Part shown: piece by piece, positions 43,031 to 55,869 of the stretch
Layout: each line of letters starts with the position of its first letter
Numbering within the stretch: position 1 is the stretch's first letter
DNA from: the human T2T-CHM13v2.0 reference genome, Homo sapiens
Reading direction: 5' to 3' (one strand)
Length of the DNA stretch: 64,000 bases
Assembly: GCF_009914755.1 (NCBI RefSeq)
Contig: NC_060939.1
The notes under the pieces: generated by a model
Database searches by the model: none
Told to the model about the DNA's origin: nothing
The model's input: the letters and a program-made list of their open reading frames with translations, nothing else
Made by a program: the position numbers and the translations under genes

Positions 43031-44195
43031 AAAGAACAAGCTATAGACTGAGAGAAAATATCTGCAAATCATATATCTGAAGAAGGACTTGTATCCAAAA
43101 TATACCAAGAGCTCTCAAAGCTCAATACTGCTGGTGCAGGGGCACACACCTGTAGTCCCAGCTATTCAGGAGGCTGAGGTGGGAGAATGGCTTGAGGCCA
43201 GGAGTTAAGATCACAGTGAGCTATAATGGTGCCTGTGAATAGCCACTGCACTCCAGTCTGGGCAACATAGCAAGACCTCCATCTCTAAAACAAAACCAAA
43301 CCAAAAACAAACCCAAGAAAACCCTCAATATTAAGAATATAAACAACCCGACCAAAACGGGCAAAAGATTTTTAACAGACACTTTTCCAAAAACATATAC
43401 AGATGGCAAATACCAGCATGAAATACCAGCTCAATGTCGTTAGTCATTAGGGAAATGCAAATTAAAACCCAGTGAGATACTACACACATATTAGAATGAC
43501 CCAAATTAAAAAAGACTAACTGTACCAGTGGTTAACAAGGAAGTGGATGAACTAGAACTCTCATTCACTGTTGTTGGAAGTACAAAATGGTAATGCGCTT
43601 TGGAAAATAGTTTGGCAAATTTTTTGAAAGTTAAGTATACTTTTACCATAGGATCCAGCCATTTCATTCTAGGTATTTACACCCAAGAGAAATGAAAGCA
43701 GACCTTTTACAAATACTTGAACATGAATGTTCATGGCAGCTTTATTTGTGATAGCCAAAAAAGGAGAAACAGCTCAAATGTTCATCAGAATAAATAAACA
43801 ACTTGCTCTATACAAACACAATGGGAGGCTACTTAGTAATAAAAAGAGAAGGAATATTGACATATTGTAAATCTCAAAATAATTATGCCAAGTAGAAGAA
43901 GCCAGTCCAAAAAAAGTACATACTGTATGATTTGATTTATATAAAACTCTAGGAAATGCAAACTAATCTATAGTGACAGAAAACATATTAGTGGTTTCCT
44001 GGGAAGGGAAGGGAGTCATGGTCTGGGAGAAACAGGACAGACAAATTACAAAGAGACACGAGGAAACTTCTAGGATGATGCATAGGTTCATTATCCTGAT
44101 TATGGTGATGGTTTCACAGATATATACATATATCAAAATTAATAAATTGTACAAGTTAAATACATGCAGTTTAAGTTATGTTTCAATGTTTTAAA
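43030..44195 (+). mobile_element. Second L1M 3' fragment
   Basis: 'tagtcattagggaaatgcaaattaaaac' and 'ctctaggaaatgcaaactaatctatagtgacagaaa'. Confidence 0.8.
43129..43320 (+). mobile_element. FAM (fossil Alu monomer)
   Basis: Monomer retaining 7SL-like 'cctgtgaatagccactgcactccag'; A-rich tail; CTCAATA on both sides. Confidence 0.8.
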
Positions 44196-44399
44196 AAGGA
44201 ATTTTAACAGAAAGGGGATTGTTCTATAAAAATATAGTTGAAATGCTTTGGAATAACCCAACAAAAATATATCTGAATTTTTAAAATTGTTATCAATTTA
44301 GATGTAGGAGAAACCAACATCAAAGACTGGGCAGTATGTATGTGGTAATGGTGGGAGGTGGGTGGAATTTGCAAAAATCCAGAAGGAAGATGTACTTAA

Positions 44400-44714
<315 letters not shown>

Positions 44715-45355
44715 TTGCAAGTGTTATTTTTCCACTTGAGAAATGATGACTACAAATTAAAGAAAATGCATTATGGATGTAGTTTATTTTAAAAAGGTAA
44801 TATAGAACTATAAGCGGAAGACTCATCTCAAAGTAAAAGGCTGTGGCTCTCTATCAAATGATTGGCAAATGAATATATATATATACATATATATATGCTA
44901 AAATAAATGCTTAAGGTAGGCATTGTTTTGATTCCTCAATTTAATAAAGTTTTTCAATCTTATTAGGAATTTTGATGGTTTCAAATAGGAGGCCTTCTAC
45001 TATAAGGGTGTAAAGATTTTTATAGATACAAGCCTCACATTTCCAGCTAAGCCATTAGATATCTTGCCTCAGTGAAAGAGATGAGGAAGTTTCATCAGAT
45101 TCCTCATGTTCTCTTTTCCCCTCTGAACACGGCTCCTATCTTCAGAACCTTCAAGCTTCTTAACTTCTACCCTTCAGGATTTTAAGTTGAAGCTGAAGAA
45201 AGACTCAGCTTCAGAAGCCCAGAACTCTGCAGATAGATGAAAACAGTTCTCCACTGCTATAAATAAAAACCTGAAACCTGTCACACTTGGTTAATATCAC
45301 CCACGTTAGGAGCCATGGACAGAAAGGAAAGAGGCAAAAGCAAAACATCTGTTGC

Positions 45356-45361
45356 TTTATT
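45356..45361 (-). terminator. Polyadenylation signal AATAAA
   Basis: TTTATT on +; followed on - by GATGTTTTGCTTTTGCCTCTTTCC (GU/U-rich element). Confidence 0.55.
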
Positions 45362-46419
45362 TAGAAACCAAGCTCATGACAGAAAAACAAGTCACCGGTT
45401 TTCAGGCACACAGAGATTTCAAACGCCTTTTCCTGTAAGATTCGAGTTAGGGAATACCATGTTCAGTCCTGGTTAGTGGCTGCAACACTCAGTACCAACT
45501 AGAGCAGAAAGAAACACAGAAGAGCTTCCTTTGCCTCTGTTGACAACTACCCAGAGCCTGAAAAGTCTGCATCTCAGATTCAGGCCCTTTATCCAAAGAC
45601 TTACGGACGGGAAGCAACGCCCATCCAATGCCTATTGATTATTAACATCAGCCCATTTCTCAACTTAGCAATTTCTAGAAACTCAGGAGCAGTCAGAAGG
45701 GTGTGGTTTTCATAGATCTGATGATCAAGGCTGGTGCCAAGGCAGCTGCCCTGCAATAGGGTGGTTTGAGGATGCCCCAAACTCTCCCACCCAAAGATCT
45801 CTCTGCTCTGGATTCCATACCCACCTGCCATGGAGCTGGATATGTTCCTGCACAAGACTGGCAACTCTCCTGCTGAGGAGTTGCTCCATCAGTTATAAAG
45901 CAAGTGTGTACCTGGTCACAGCAGTCTATGGCCCAGTGCAGCACATCAATGCATTGGGAAACGATATCCAAAACAAAACCCTAGAGCATGAATCAGGGGA
46001 CAAAGAGAAGGAGAAGTATAGTATACTGAGCACTCAACTGACAGGGGAGGGAAGAGTTATATCTCCTCTGAGCAGCCACAAAGCAGTATGAGAACATGAG
46101 CAACAGAGCTGGAAAGATGCTGAAGAATTCCCACCTTCACCACTTTACCTAAGGCCAACCTTGCTGAAGACTCAGGGACTTAGAATTGCTACCAAATCTA
46201 CAAGCATAGGTGTTCTTGGAATTGCTTCTCAGAGAGGAATGGATATTTTATTCATTCATTTAACCAAGATTTATTCATCTTTGTGGAGCATACAGACTAG
46301 TGGGAGAGAGACAGATAATAAGCGGAATGAATAAAGAAATGTAACAGGATATGAAAACGTAATAAGTGCTGGGGAGATAAATTAAGTTAGGACCGGCATA
46401 GAGAAAGTCATGGGCTACT

Positions 46420-46688
46420 TTTTTTTTTGAGACAGGGTCTCAGTCCCATGCCCAGGCTAGATTGCAGTGGTGTGATCATGGCTCACTGCAGCCTCAACCT
46501 CCTGGGCTCAAGCAATCCTCCATCTCAGCTGAGACTGCAGGAGCATGCCACCACACCTGGCTAAATTTTTGTATTTTTTGTGAGATGAGGTTTCGCTATG
46601 TTGCCCAGGCTGCTCTCTAACTCCTGGGCTCGAGCGATCCACCCACCTCGGCGTCCCAAAGTGCTGGGATTATGGGCATGAGCCACCA
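46420..46688 (-). mobile_element. AluJ with small internal deletion, inside an L2 fragment
   Basis: Dimer; GGGCTACT on both sides. Confidence 0.92.
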
Positions 46689-48660
46689 AAGGGCTACTAT
46701 TTTAAACAGGAGAATCAGGGAAGCTTTGCTTAGGGTTTGTTTGCCTCTTAATTGTCTTATCTCCTCATTCCATTTCTTTTTCAGAGTGCAAAGGACCTAG
46801 GAAGTCCTGGACACATGTTTGAGACTGGAGCTATAAAAAGTAGTATGACACAAATGAGTACTCTTTAAACAATTTTGATCATGAACCCTGTCAATAAAAA
46901 TTGTGAGTGCCTGCTCTCAGAGTATTCTTATGTTTTCTTCATAAATCATATACATATTTTCCTGTATTACTATATTCCACTCAGTTTTAATCAAACACAA
47001 AACAGGATGATTTAAGGGTGAAAGAAATATATTTTATACCTAGTTAGCATGATGACTTCATATTATCACTAGCATATAATTAAAGGCACATTATGAACTT
47101 AAGATGAGGTTCATTGTTAAAAATAATGAATGTAAGTATCACAAATTCATAAAAATTTAGGATTTTGGGGCTAACTGCTTTCTTCTCTGAGTAGGTCTCC
47201 ATTGTATTTTACTTTTAAGTGATGCCAATGAAAATATTCTACTAGGAGTAGACCTATTGATTTCTCATTGTTCATTTGTGCTTCCACTACTGGCAATTTC
47301 TTCACAGGAACTTCTCAAAAGTCATTCTTTCCCTCTGTATTTCTCACATGCAGAAGGATGTTCTGGAGCCTCTTGCACATCAACCTATTTTTTTCTCTCT
47401 CTTTTGGCTTTTTCTTTAGGTGTTTTCTCCTCTTCACCCAGCTCTTTACTCTGTCGATCACCTTAACCTCTCTGCTAAGTCCAGCTCTTTTTCACCAGCC
47501 TTTATCAGAGGCTCCCATCTCTAAATATTCTCCATTTTAGAAAGAGAAAGCTTGTGCATTCTTATTTACCTAGTCCTAATAGGAGAGGGAGAGGAAAAGG
47601 GGAAAATTGGGAGCATATATCTATTCATAAATCTATCCATTTCCCTATATCTATGAATACTGGATTGCAGTGTAAATTATCAAGAAACATCTCTACAAAC
47701 AACCAACAACCAACAAAGAAAGAGAAAGGGATTTCAAGTACTTAAGGTTTGCAAGCCGTTTCTACTTAGATTAAGAAGTTGACTTTAGAACAGAATTTTA
47801 ATCACAACCTTGGAGAAAAGTGAAAGAATGGGCTTGAAGTAATAAAGTGATCCATGAAACCAAACATATAGAATCAGAATGCAACATAACAGAATAAAAC
47901 GTTGCTTACTTATTGTACCTTGGTCATTTGTACTTTAAAAAGGGAGTGAGCTAGGGGAATTGATGTGCAAGATCTGATTTGTATGCAAGAAAAATTACAG
48001 ATGGTCAAATGTAAAGTAAAAGATATAGCCCAAGAATTGCTGAAGTTAATCCTGTCAGAAGGCAGCAGAGGATAAGCACATTTCTTCTAGGACAGGAAGA
48101 AAAACCGAAGGTATCTAACAGGTGAGACACATGAACATGCAATGATATACAGAAATCTCTCAAGAAATTAGGTAGGGCCGAAGGATTTACAAACCAAAAT
48201 AGACATTCCTGGCTGTGAGAGAATTTACTGGAGTATACTAATGGGGGAAAAAAAAAAAGCAAAACAAAAAGAAAACAGGAGCAAAGTTATGAGTCAAGAT
48301 TATGAGAAAGGCAAGAAAGAATGAAATGAAACGTCTGTAAAAATATAAGAGATGGACAGAAGAAAGGTAGCAGGCTTACAGAGAGAAAAAGGAGGAAGGC
48401 CAAATGCTGCTAAAAGATAAACTTCTGGTGTTGAAGGGGTTTTTGTAGTGTTTTTGGAGTATCAGGCATCAGGATAAAATCTTTCCCCAGCCTTGAATTT
48501 CTTTCTAGATGTCTTTATGGCCAAAAGTGAGTCACATGTTCACTCTTAAAGCAATCATCAGCAAAGGGAATGGCACTACCATGTTCGTCTAAGATGATCA
48601 GGGTTTATAAGGGCTGCCTCATCCAAAGAATATGGCCATTTAAGAGCTAAAAAATAGAAG

Positions 48661-48990
48661 GAGCCATGTGCAGTGGCTCAAACCTGTAATCCTGGCACTT
48701 TGGGAAGCCGAAGCAGGAGAATCACTTGAGCCCAGGATTGGAGACCAGCCTGGGCAACATGGTGAAACCCCATCTCTACCAAAAAAAAAATTAGCTGGAC
48801 GTGGTGGGTCTTGCCTGCAGTCCCAGCTATGAGAGGTGGTGGGGGAGAGTGAGGGCTGAGGCTGGAGGATCATTTGAACCCAGGAGAGCGAGGCTGCAGT
48901 GAGCAGTGTTTACACCACTGCACTCCAGCCTGGGTGACAAAGCGGGGCCCTGTCTGAAGAAGGAGAAGGAGAGGAAGAGGAAGTAGTAGT
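48661..48990 (+). mobile_element. AluJ with G-rich insertion in the right arm and GA-rich tail
   Basis: Dimer; extra 'gagaggtggtgggggagagtga' at ~48831-48852. Confidence 0.9.
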
Positions 48991-50647
48991 GGGGTTCTAT
49001 GGAAAAAAAGAAGAAAGTTAGGTGATTGTTGGATAGAGAACCAATAGAATCTGCCACAAAAGCAGCTATGGATTTGGTGAAATATGAGCTAGTCCTTAAG
49101 TTAGATACAGACATGAAAAAATGTGAAAAGGCGCTTTCCATTGGGAGGGAATACCCTGAGTAAAGGCACAGGGACAGGAAAGAAGTGCTGAGCGCATTTC
49201 TGTTTGATGCTACTGGAGGGTATCGAGTACCCAGGGAGGTGGAGTTGGATGACATGCAAGGATATATTGGTTTCAGATCATAAATGGGGTTGAATGCCAG
49301 AAAATAGAATCTAACTTAATTTGGTTAAGTAAATGTGGACTAACTACACGTGATTATGTTTTTAAAAGTTTTGATTCTGTTTGTTCTTCCTCACTCCCCA
49401 GTTAAAATATTTCAGTGAGTCAGGAATAGTATCCATCACACCCTTTTTAAGTTTAGAAACAATTGAAATGTAGATGTGGGAGTCAGATAGATGGACATAA
49501 AAATATTACCTGTGTTTCTGCTACAGGGTCAGCTGGATTTGAAGGCCATGATTTACATGTGCAGCAACAATGGATTCCCAAATATGCCCGCTGCAAGAGA
49601 CTTAGCTCCCCAATCAGTCAGGGCAGCATCAGGTATGCAGGTGTCTCCTCTGGGTGCTGCGGAAGAGCAGAGTGAGATGTGCTTTTTGTAGGTGGCAAAT
49701 CCCCAAAGAGGAAGGAAGAAAGGACTGGGACAAGCACCTTCAGCTTCTTCCAAGCTTACCATCCTATAAGCTACTCCTCTTTCCTGGAAGAGGAGAGTTT
49801 CCTGGTGGAGCCGGAAGCTGTAGACCCTTCCACTTGTAACATCAAAGTAGAGAAAAGAAATCCCCCTGATGCCACACATGCTTTTAAATAAGATGCAATA
49901 AACTCTTTGCTTATGATCACAACATATGCCCTAGTATTTTCCCGATAACCTCGGCCAATAATTGGTTCTTATGGCCCATTCCAAGACACATTGTTGCTAT
50001 GGCCCTTCTTCCCACATCTATTTCTCAGGCAGTGTCGCTTCCTTCTAACCCTGATATTGCTTTTAGCCTGAAATATAAATTCTGTTTTGTAACTCTAAAT
50101 GCTATTTGATATAGCTTTGGGATTATACCTTCCCAATTAAATGATTTGAGCTGTGAAAGCACTTAGCAGAGGAGCTGCATGCCCCATAAATATTTGTGAG
50201 CTCTCCAGCCCCATTTCCCCATGCCTGCTTTTCCTTTTTAGGTCCTTGGCCTTCGCCTGCTCCTCTGCAACTTCTTTCCAACATCATTTTGTAGGTTGAG
50301 CTATTCTGTTTTTGGAAACCTTGCTCTTCAGCATAGCAGTCCTTTCTCATCAACCTTTCAACATTGGCAGATGAAATCTGAACTGAGTACACTTCACTGT
50401 CATCTTCTGCCTTAAAAGTTGAAACTCCAAACTATTTGACTATAGAGCTCTTCCAGAGGCTGCTGGTGAGATGCCTTCTGACTGTTTTTACCCTGTTACT
50501 CCATTACATTGTCATCATCGCATCATAAGAGGAGGATCTATCGGCTTTGCCACACCTCTTATGCTTTTGAAAAACAGAAATTATCTATGAGAAAGTTGAC
50601 ATTGGAGGTGTTCTCTTGGTCAGATTTCCTTGTTTTCTATTGTATAA

Positions 50648-51085
<438 letters not shown>

Positions 51086-51879
51086 TATTCTTTTAGATTT
51101 ATTTTCCTCCAAAATGCATGCCAAGAACTCATGAAATATATTTCCTGATACTCGGGAACACTATTTGCATGGGGGCTTACCATTTACCAAATGCTTTTGC
51201 AATTCAGAAATGAACCTCTATAAGACAGAGTTCTTAAATTCTGCTCACTTTGATTCTTAGAATCAATCTGAGCTAGAAACAGGTCTCACCTAGTCTAGAT
51301 ACTTCTAAATACAAAACCCTGAAGTGTTTTTATTACTCAGATATGAGGATAACAATAGGATTTTTGAGAATTGGTTGACCATACACTCAACATACCTCTT
51401 TTCTAAGGCCCCATGTGACAGTCAATCACATAATCCACTAGGGAACTGATGATAAACTTTTACCATCTCTGTGTCTTCTCTGGGTCCACAGTGCTCTCGG
51501 CCCCAGCCATGTGTATCAGGACACTTCTTGCAATGGGATTAGCTTGAAGAGCAGTCCTCCCAGAGGTGTGGCTTCCCTCCGGCATCCTCAGTTTAACACC
51601 AGCTGTGTACTTGCTCATGGCAGCTTTGTCTTCCTCAACCTAAGTGCCTTGTGTCTGTGTTGGCTTTGCCTAGTTCACTCCTTAGATGGCGGTGGACTCA
51701 AGAAATGTTTCAAATGTTTTCTAGCAGGGAGCTTCAGTTTCTTCTTGGAGTCTAAGGAGATGTCTTCCTAGTAACATGATTGGCTTCTTCAACCACTCAT
51801 TGCTGAGAGCCCTGATGAGAACCCAGTGTTCAGTCTCAGCACTCTCATATCAGACCTCACCTCCTGTGCTGCAGTCTCC

Positions 51880-52110
51880 ATCCTGGAACTGTGCTGGCCA
51901 TCTTGGGGTACAGGAGGGTAATTTAGCACATTGAGGATGGCAAAGCAGGAAAAAAACCTTGCATCCTTAATGGTGTTGAGTCACTGAATTAACCAACAAT
52001 GGAATTGTTCTACCTCTGGACTTTTGTTATGTGTTTTAATACACTTCTTTGTTTTGCTACTTTTAGTTGGGTCTTCTGTTACTTGCAGCTGACAACTTCT
52101 TAACTGATCA
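51880..52110 (+). mobile_element. MLT1 (MaLR) LTR 3' part
   Basis: 'ctacctctggacttttgttatgtg...ttttagttgggtcttctgttacttgcagctga...taactgat'. Confidence 0.7.
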
Positions 52111-52284
52111 TCTTCCCTGAATGAACATCAATACTGGAAATAATCTCTGCCTACTTTGAATTTCTGTAACATGTTAGCTATATTTCTATTATGGAAAGTT
52201 TTAACCTTATGCTACCATGATTTGCATAAATACAATTTTCCCTTTATAAATTTGTACTTCAGATCTTAGTGAATAGTACTAGTC

Positions 52285-53010
52285 TCTATAAAATGTGCTC
52301 CAAGTACCACTTATCCCATGAGATACTCCATAAACACAAGGTGCTGTGGTCACTTAAGTTTGGGAGACACTGAGTGCTGTATCCTTCCCGAGCAGATTCA
52401 CAATATATCTTGGCACATGGAAATTGTTAAGGATGATATTCTACCCCTCGTTAGATGTGGGGTGAGCTTTGGTTAGTTGTTTAGTGAGTTAGCTTATGAG
52501 ACCCAGTTTCCCTACTTGTAAAACAGGTACAAAATATGTACCACACAGCATTGCTATGGGAACCTGAAATAATGAATATAAAATATTTAGCCCTCTACTT
52601 GGCCATTTCCCAGAATGCCTTTGGCTTGAACCATGTGTACTTGAAGCTTCTTGCTTCATTAACCCATATTACTACATTATTAATTTGTGTCTATATACTT
52701 GCTCACATATCACTTTCAGTTCCAGAAGTTTTCTCAAGGACTTTGCTTCCTTCCAATTTGCTAAGAGCTCTGAATGCATAGTAAGTGAGGCTCATATAAG
52801 TGCTTAATAATATCAGTTATTATGATTTTGATACTACTATTTGCATATTAAAGGCTCTGAGAAGTCCTGCGGAAGAGAGACCTATTACTACTTTAGTTCT
52901 GTTTAAGCTGGAACTTCTCAAAATTATCTGAGGATACAGCCACTTTTCACACAATACCTCCTCACATTCAGCAGGAGCATTTTATAAGATACATAATTTG
53001 AGAAATGTAG
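52285..53010. mobile_element. MER103-like hAT MITE split by a ~430 bp MIR/L2-like insert
   Basis: 'gtggtcacttaagtttggga...gattcacaat' resumes near 52840 as 'gcatattaaaggctctgagaagtcctgc'. Confidence 0.55.
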
Positions 53011-53019
53011 CCTTGTCCA

Positions 53020-53795
53020 CATCACCCAGGCAATAAGCCTGGCAGTCTTTTTATACAAATACCTCTGCTTCACCATCTCACCTGCCATATCCAGTCCATA
53101 ATCAAGTTCTTCTAGTTCTTCTGATCTTACTTCTTAAATACCTCTAAGATTCACCCACTCCTTTCTACCCCTACTATCACTGCTCTGGAACTCCCGTATC
53201 TTTGCACAAACCTAATGGATCTGCCTGCCTTTAGTCTTGCTCTCCTTAAACCCCACCGCTTCCTGCACCAGAGGGATCTATCTGTGCAAATAGGTCATTC
53301 ACTTCCTTACTCAAAATCCTTCAACAGCTCCCAAATCCCTACAGAGTAAAGCCCAGTTTTGTCCCAAGGCACTGGGGTCCTTTTCTGACCTGACTGCTGC
53401 CTCCCTCTCCAGCTCTGTATCTCCCAAGCCCTGTCTTCTGCTTTATACTCTTTCTACACCAATCCCATTATGCCCTGCTGTTTATGGTTTGTGAAGTTCT
53501 TTTGTCACAGAACTCTCTTTCTAACTTGCTTCATCTGGCTCTTCCTTATCCTTCACAACAGCTCGAGTAACAGCTCCTTGTGGTATAAGATCACACCTCT
53601 AGACTCCCACAGCCACCTGTGCATATTTTTATATTGTTACTTGTCCTGTTTCACTGAAAGTATTTTGCAGGTAAAATCTCACACATTTGACTGTGAACTC
53701 TTCAAATGCAGAAACTGTGTCTTTATTCCCCTTAGCCCACCTCACCTGCCTTTACACCCTTAGTGCAGAAACTCATTAAATATACAGTGAACTGA
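53020..53795 (+). mobile_element. L2 LINE
   Basis: Pyrimidine-rich body 'ctcaaaatccttcaacagctccc...gactgtgaactcttc...aaactcattaaatat'. Confidence 0.75.
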
Positions 53796-55869
53796 GCCAT
53801 CCTGAGCACCAGATTTTTACTGTCTTCATCCTTCAACCAAAAAAAATTAAAAGATTCAGGCCGAAACAAATGTCTAGTTGTCCTCTGGGGTAGCCCTGAC
53901 CCCCATTTTCTGCCATGGCTGCAGTCAACTGGGCTGGGGAACTACAGACTCAAAGACTTGAGCCTTGCCTCTGTCTGAACCACATGTCAACATGGCTTCC
54001 TGCAGCAGTGCAGAGCGACAGCTGGGCTGTGCTGACTGGAGAAAAGATGTCAGGCTAACTCCCTGCTACACTGCAGCTTCAGGCTGGCTTGGGATGAGTG
54101 GACTTAAGGAGCCAACCTAGCATCAGCTCTTTCTGCCTTGAGGGATGTGGGGGAAGCATGGAGGGAGAGGGAAGAGGTGGCCTTGAGAGCCCAGAACCAG
54201 CCCTACTGAGGGATTCTATAGGCAACTTGGAGCAGGTCCCTTCAGCAGACATCGGCGTTTTGCCAAACAGCATCATCAGAAGCATTGTGTTCTATTTAAC
54301 TGTAATGTGAAAAAAATCAAGGTAATTGAAGTGCATGCAGCTGGACTGCTATTCAGATTAGGCAAAGGAGTCAGCCTGTATCCTAAGTCAGGATGGATGG
54401 TAGACCAGCTCTGACAAGGCTTCTAGGCACGGGGGATATACGGCAGCATCAGCTTTATCAAGTCTGATTTGATTAGTTTCTCCAGTCAATTTTATGCAGT
54501 CTGGCCACAGGATATATCATCTTTCCAACTTTCTGCTCTGCTCTTTTTCTGTTGATTTTAAAATGGTGACATTATTTCCCTGTCAAGTGGTCACAGAATT
54601 TACCTAGTGGTGTTCATGAGGAAAACCCCTTGTATCTGCCATCCTCAGATGCTGAATGTCTTCTTCAGCTAAAAGAAAACTTACTTGACTCTGTAGCAAG
54701 AGGATCATTTTACTTCTTTCTTTTATCCCCACAGAGAGTCCCTGAGAGTCTTTTGATCAAAGGAAGAGACATTTCAGAATGATGTGTCCTGGCCTTCTTC
54801 TTAGACACACTTAGAAATATTGTTCACATGTCTAACCATTAAGAACCATGCGATTTTTCTGAGCTCTAAAGCACCTTAGAGATGATCAAGTTGGACCACT
54901 TTATTTCACAAATATAGAGACAGAGGGTCAGAGATAAGGGAAGTCTTTAACTTGCCAGGGCATCCAACAGGTAGCGATGTGCCTGAGAGGATGTAGTAGA
55001 GATGTACATGGCTTCCATGAAGTTATTCAAGAAAACTTAAATCTGAAAAACAGAGGAAGATTACCCTTTAAACACCATCTTTTTCAAATAGGATTCACCT
55101 TAAGAATTCTGATTTCCAGTTTCTTCATTTAAAAAATATGATTCAATTTACCAAAATTACATTGAAGAAGAGCAAGTCAAGAGCAACTCTTTACAACTAA
55201 GACACTTTCCCCTCCTTCTTCCCACTTCCATTGTAACTACAGTTACTCTAACTCATGAGTGGCCCCAGGTCCTTGCTGCTCCTCCATCAAGATTGCCCTC
55301 TGTGGTCCTTTCTAGCTGCAGAATAGATCTTCTCCATACACCAGTCTCAGAGTTGGTTTCACTCTCTGAATGTCCACTGGTACCTAATCCAGCCTATAAC
55401 GATCTTGTCCTTTTCTGATCATGGATGTATTCACACTGCACAGCTATACCCTAATGCTCCCTGATTCCTGATGTATATCATGTTTCCTAAACTAGACTGG
55501 AAACTTCCCCTGGACGGGGAATATGACTTATTTTTTACAGTGGCTCCATTATACTTAACATGGCATTGGTATATAGTAGACACAAATAGTGTGCCGGTAA
55601 ACAAACTCTCCAAAGGAAAAGAAAAGCCCTGATTTGTAATATTTGCTACCAACATGATATCTTTGAACATTAAATTGTAAGAGATGCCCAGAATTGACTC
55701 TATCAAGCTTATACAAGCCCACTCTGGCACACAACTGGTAGACATTAATAAACAGGTGTTTAGCCCATTGTGCACACATAATTGTGTGAAGTGTATTTGT
55801 CAGCAAGCTTCATGTTGAAAAAGAGACCGTTTTTCAATATTTAGCATATAATTTAAACAATTAGTGAAC

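Larger units (their letters stand above)
45340..49832 (-). pseudogene. 3' part of a minus-strand spliced unit (exons 49832-49760, 49656-49510, 45980-~45340); candidate unitary pseudogene or lncRNA
   Basis: Donors ATG|GTAAGC and CAG|GTAATA; acceptors ctctgctcttccgcag| and cttctctttgtcccctgattcatgctctag|; AATAAA and U-rich downstream element; spliced frame of ~168 codons with one TGA at 49620-49618. Confidence 0.55.

Noticed and set aside
47478-47490. 13-nt reverse-complement match to the 37950 micro-insertion
   Set aside because: Short and partial; not enough to call it a local template.
45340-49656. Selenoprotein reading of the in-frame TGA in the Cys-rich minus-strand frame
   Set aside because: The only ATGA-N11-AA I found in the 3'UTR (~45379-45363) lacks a GA 18-27 nt further on and runs into the poly-A signal, so there is no canonical SECIS. 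A SECIS search would settle it.
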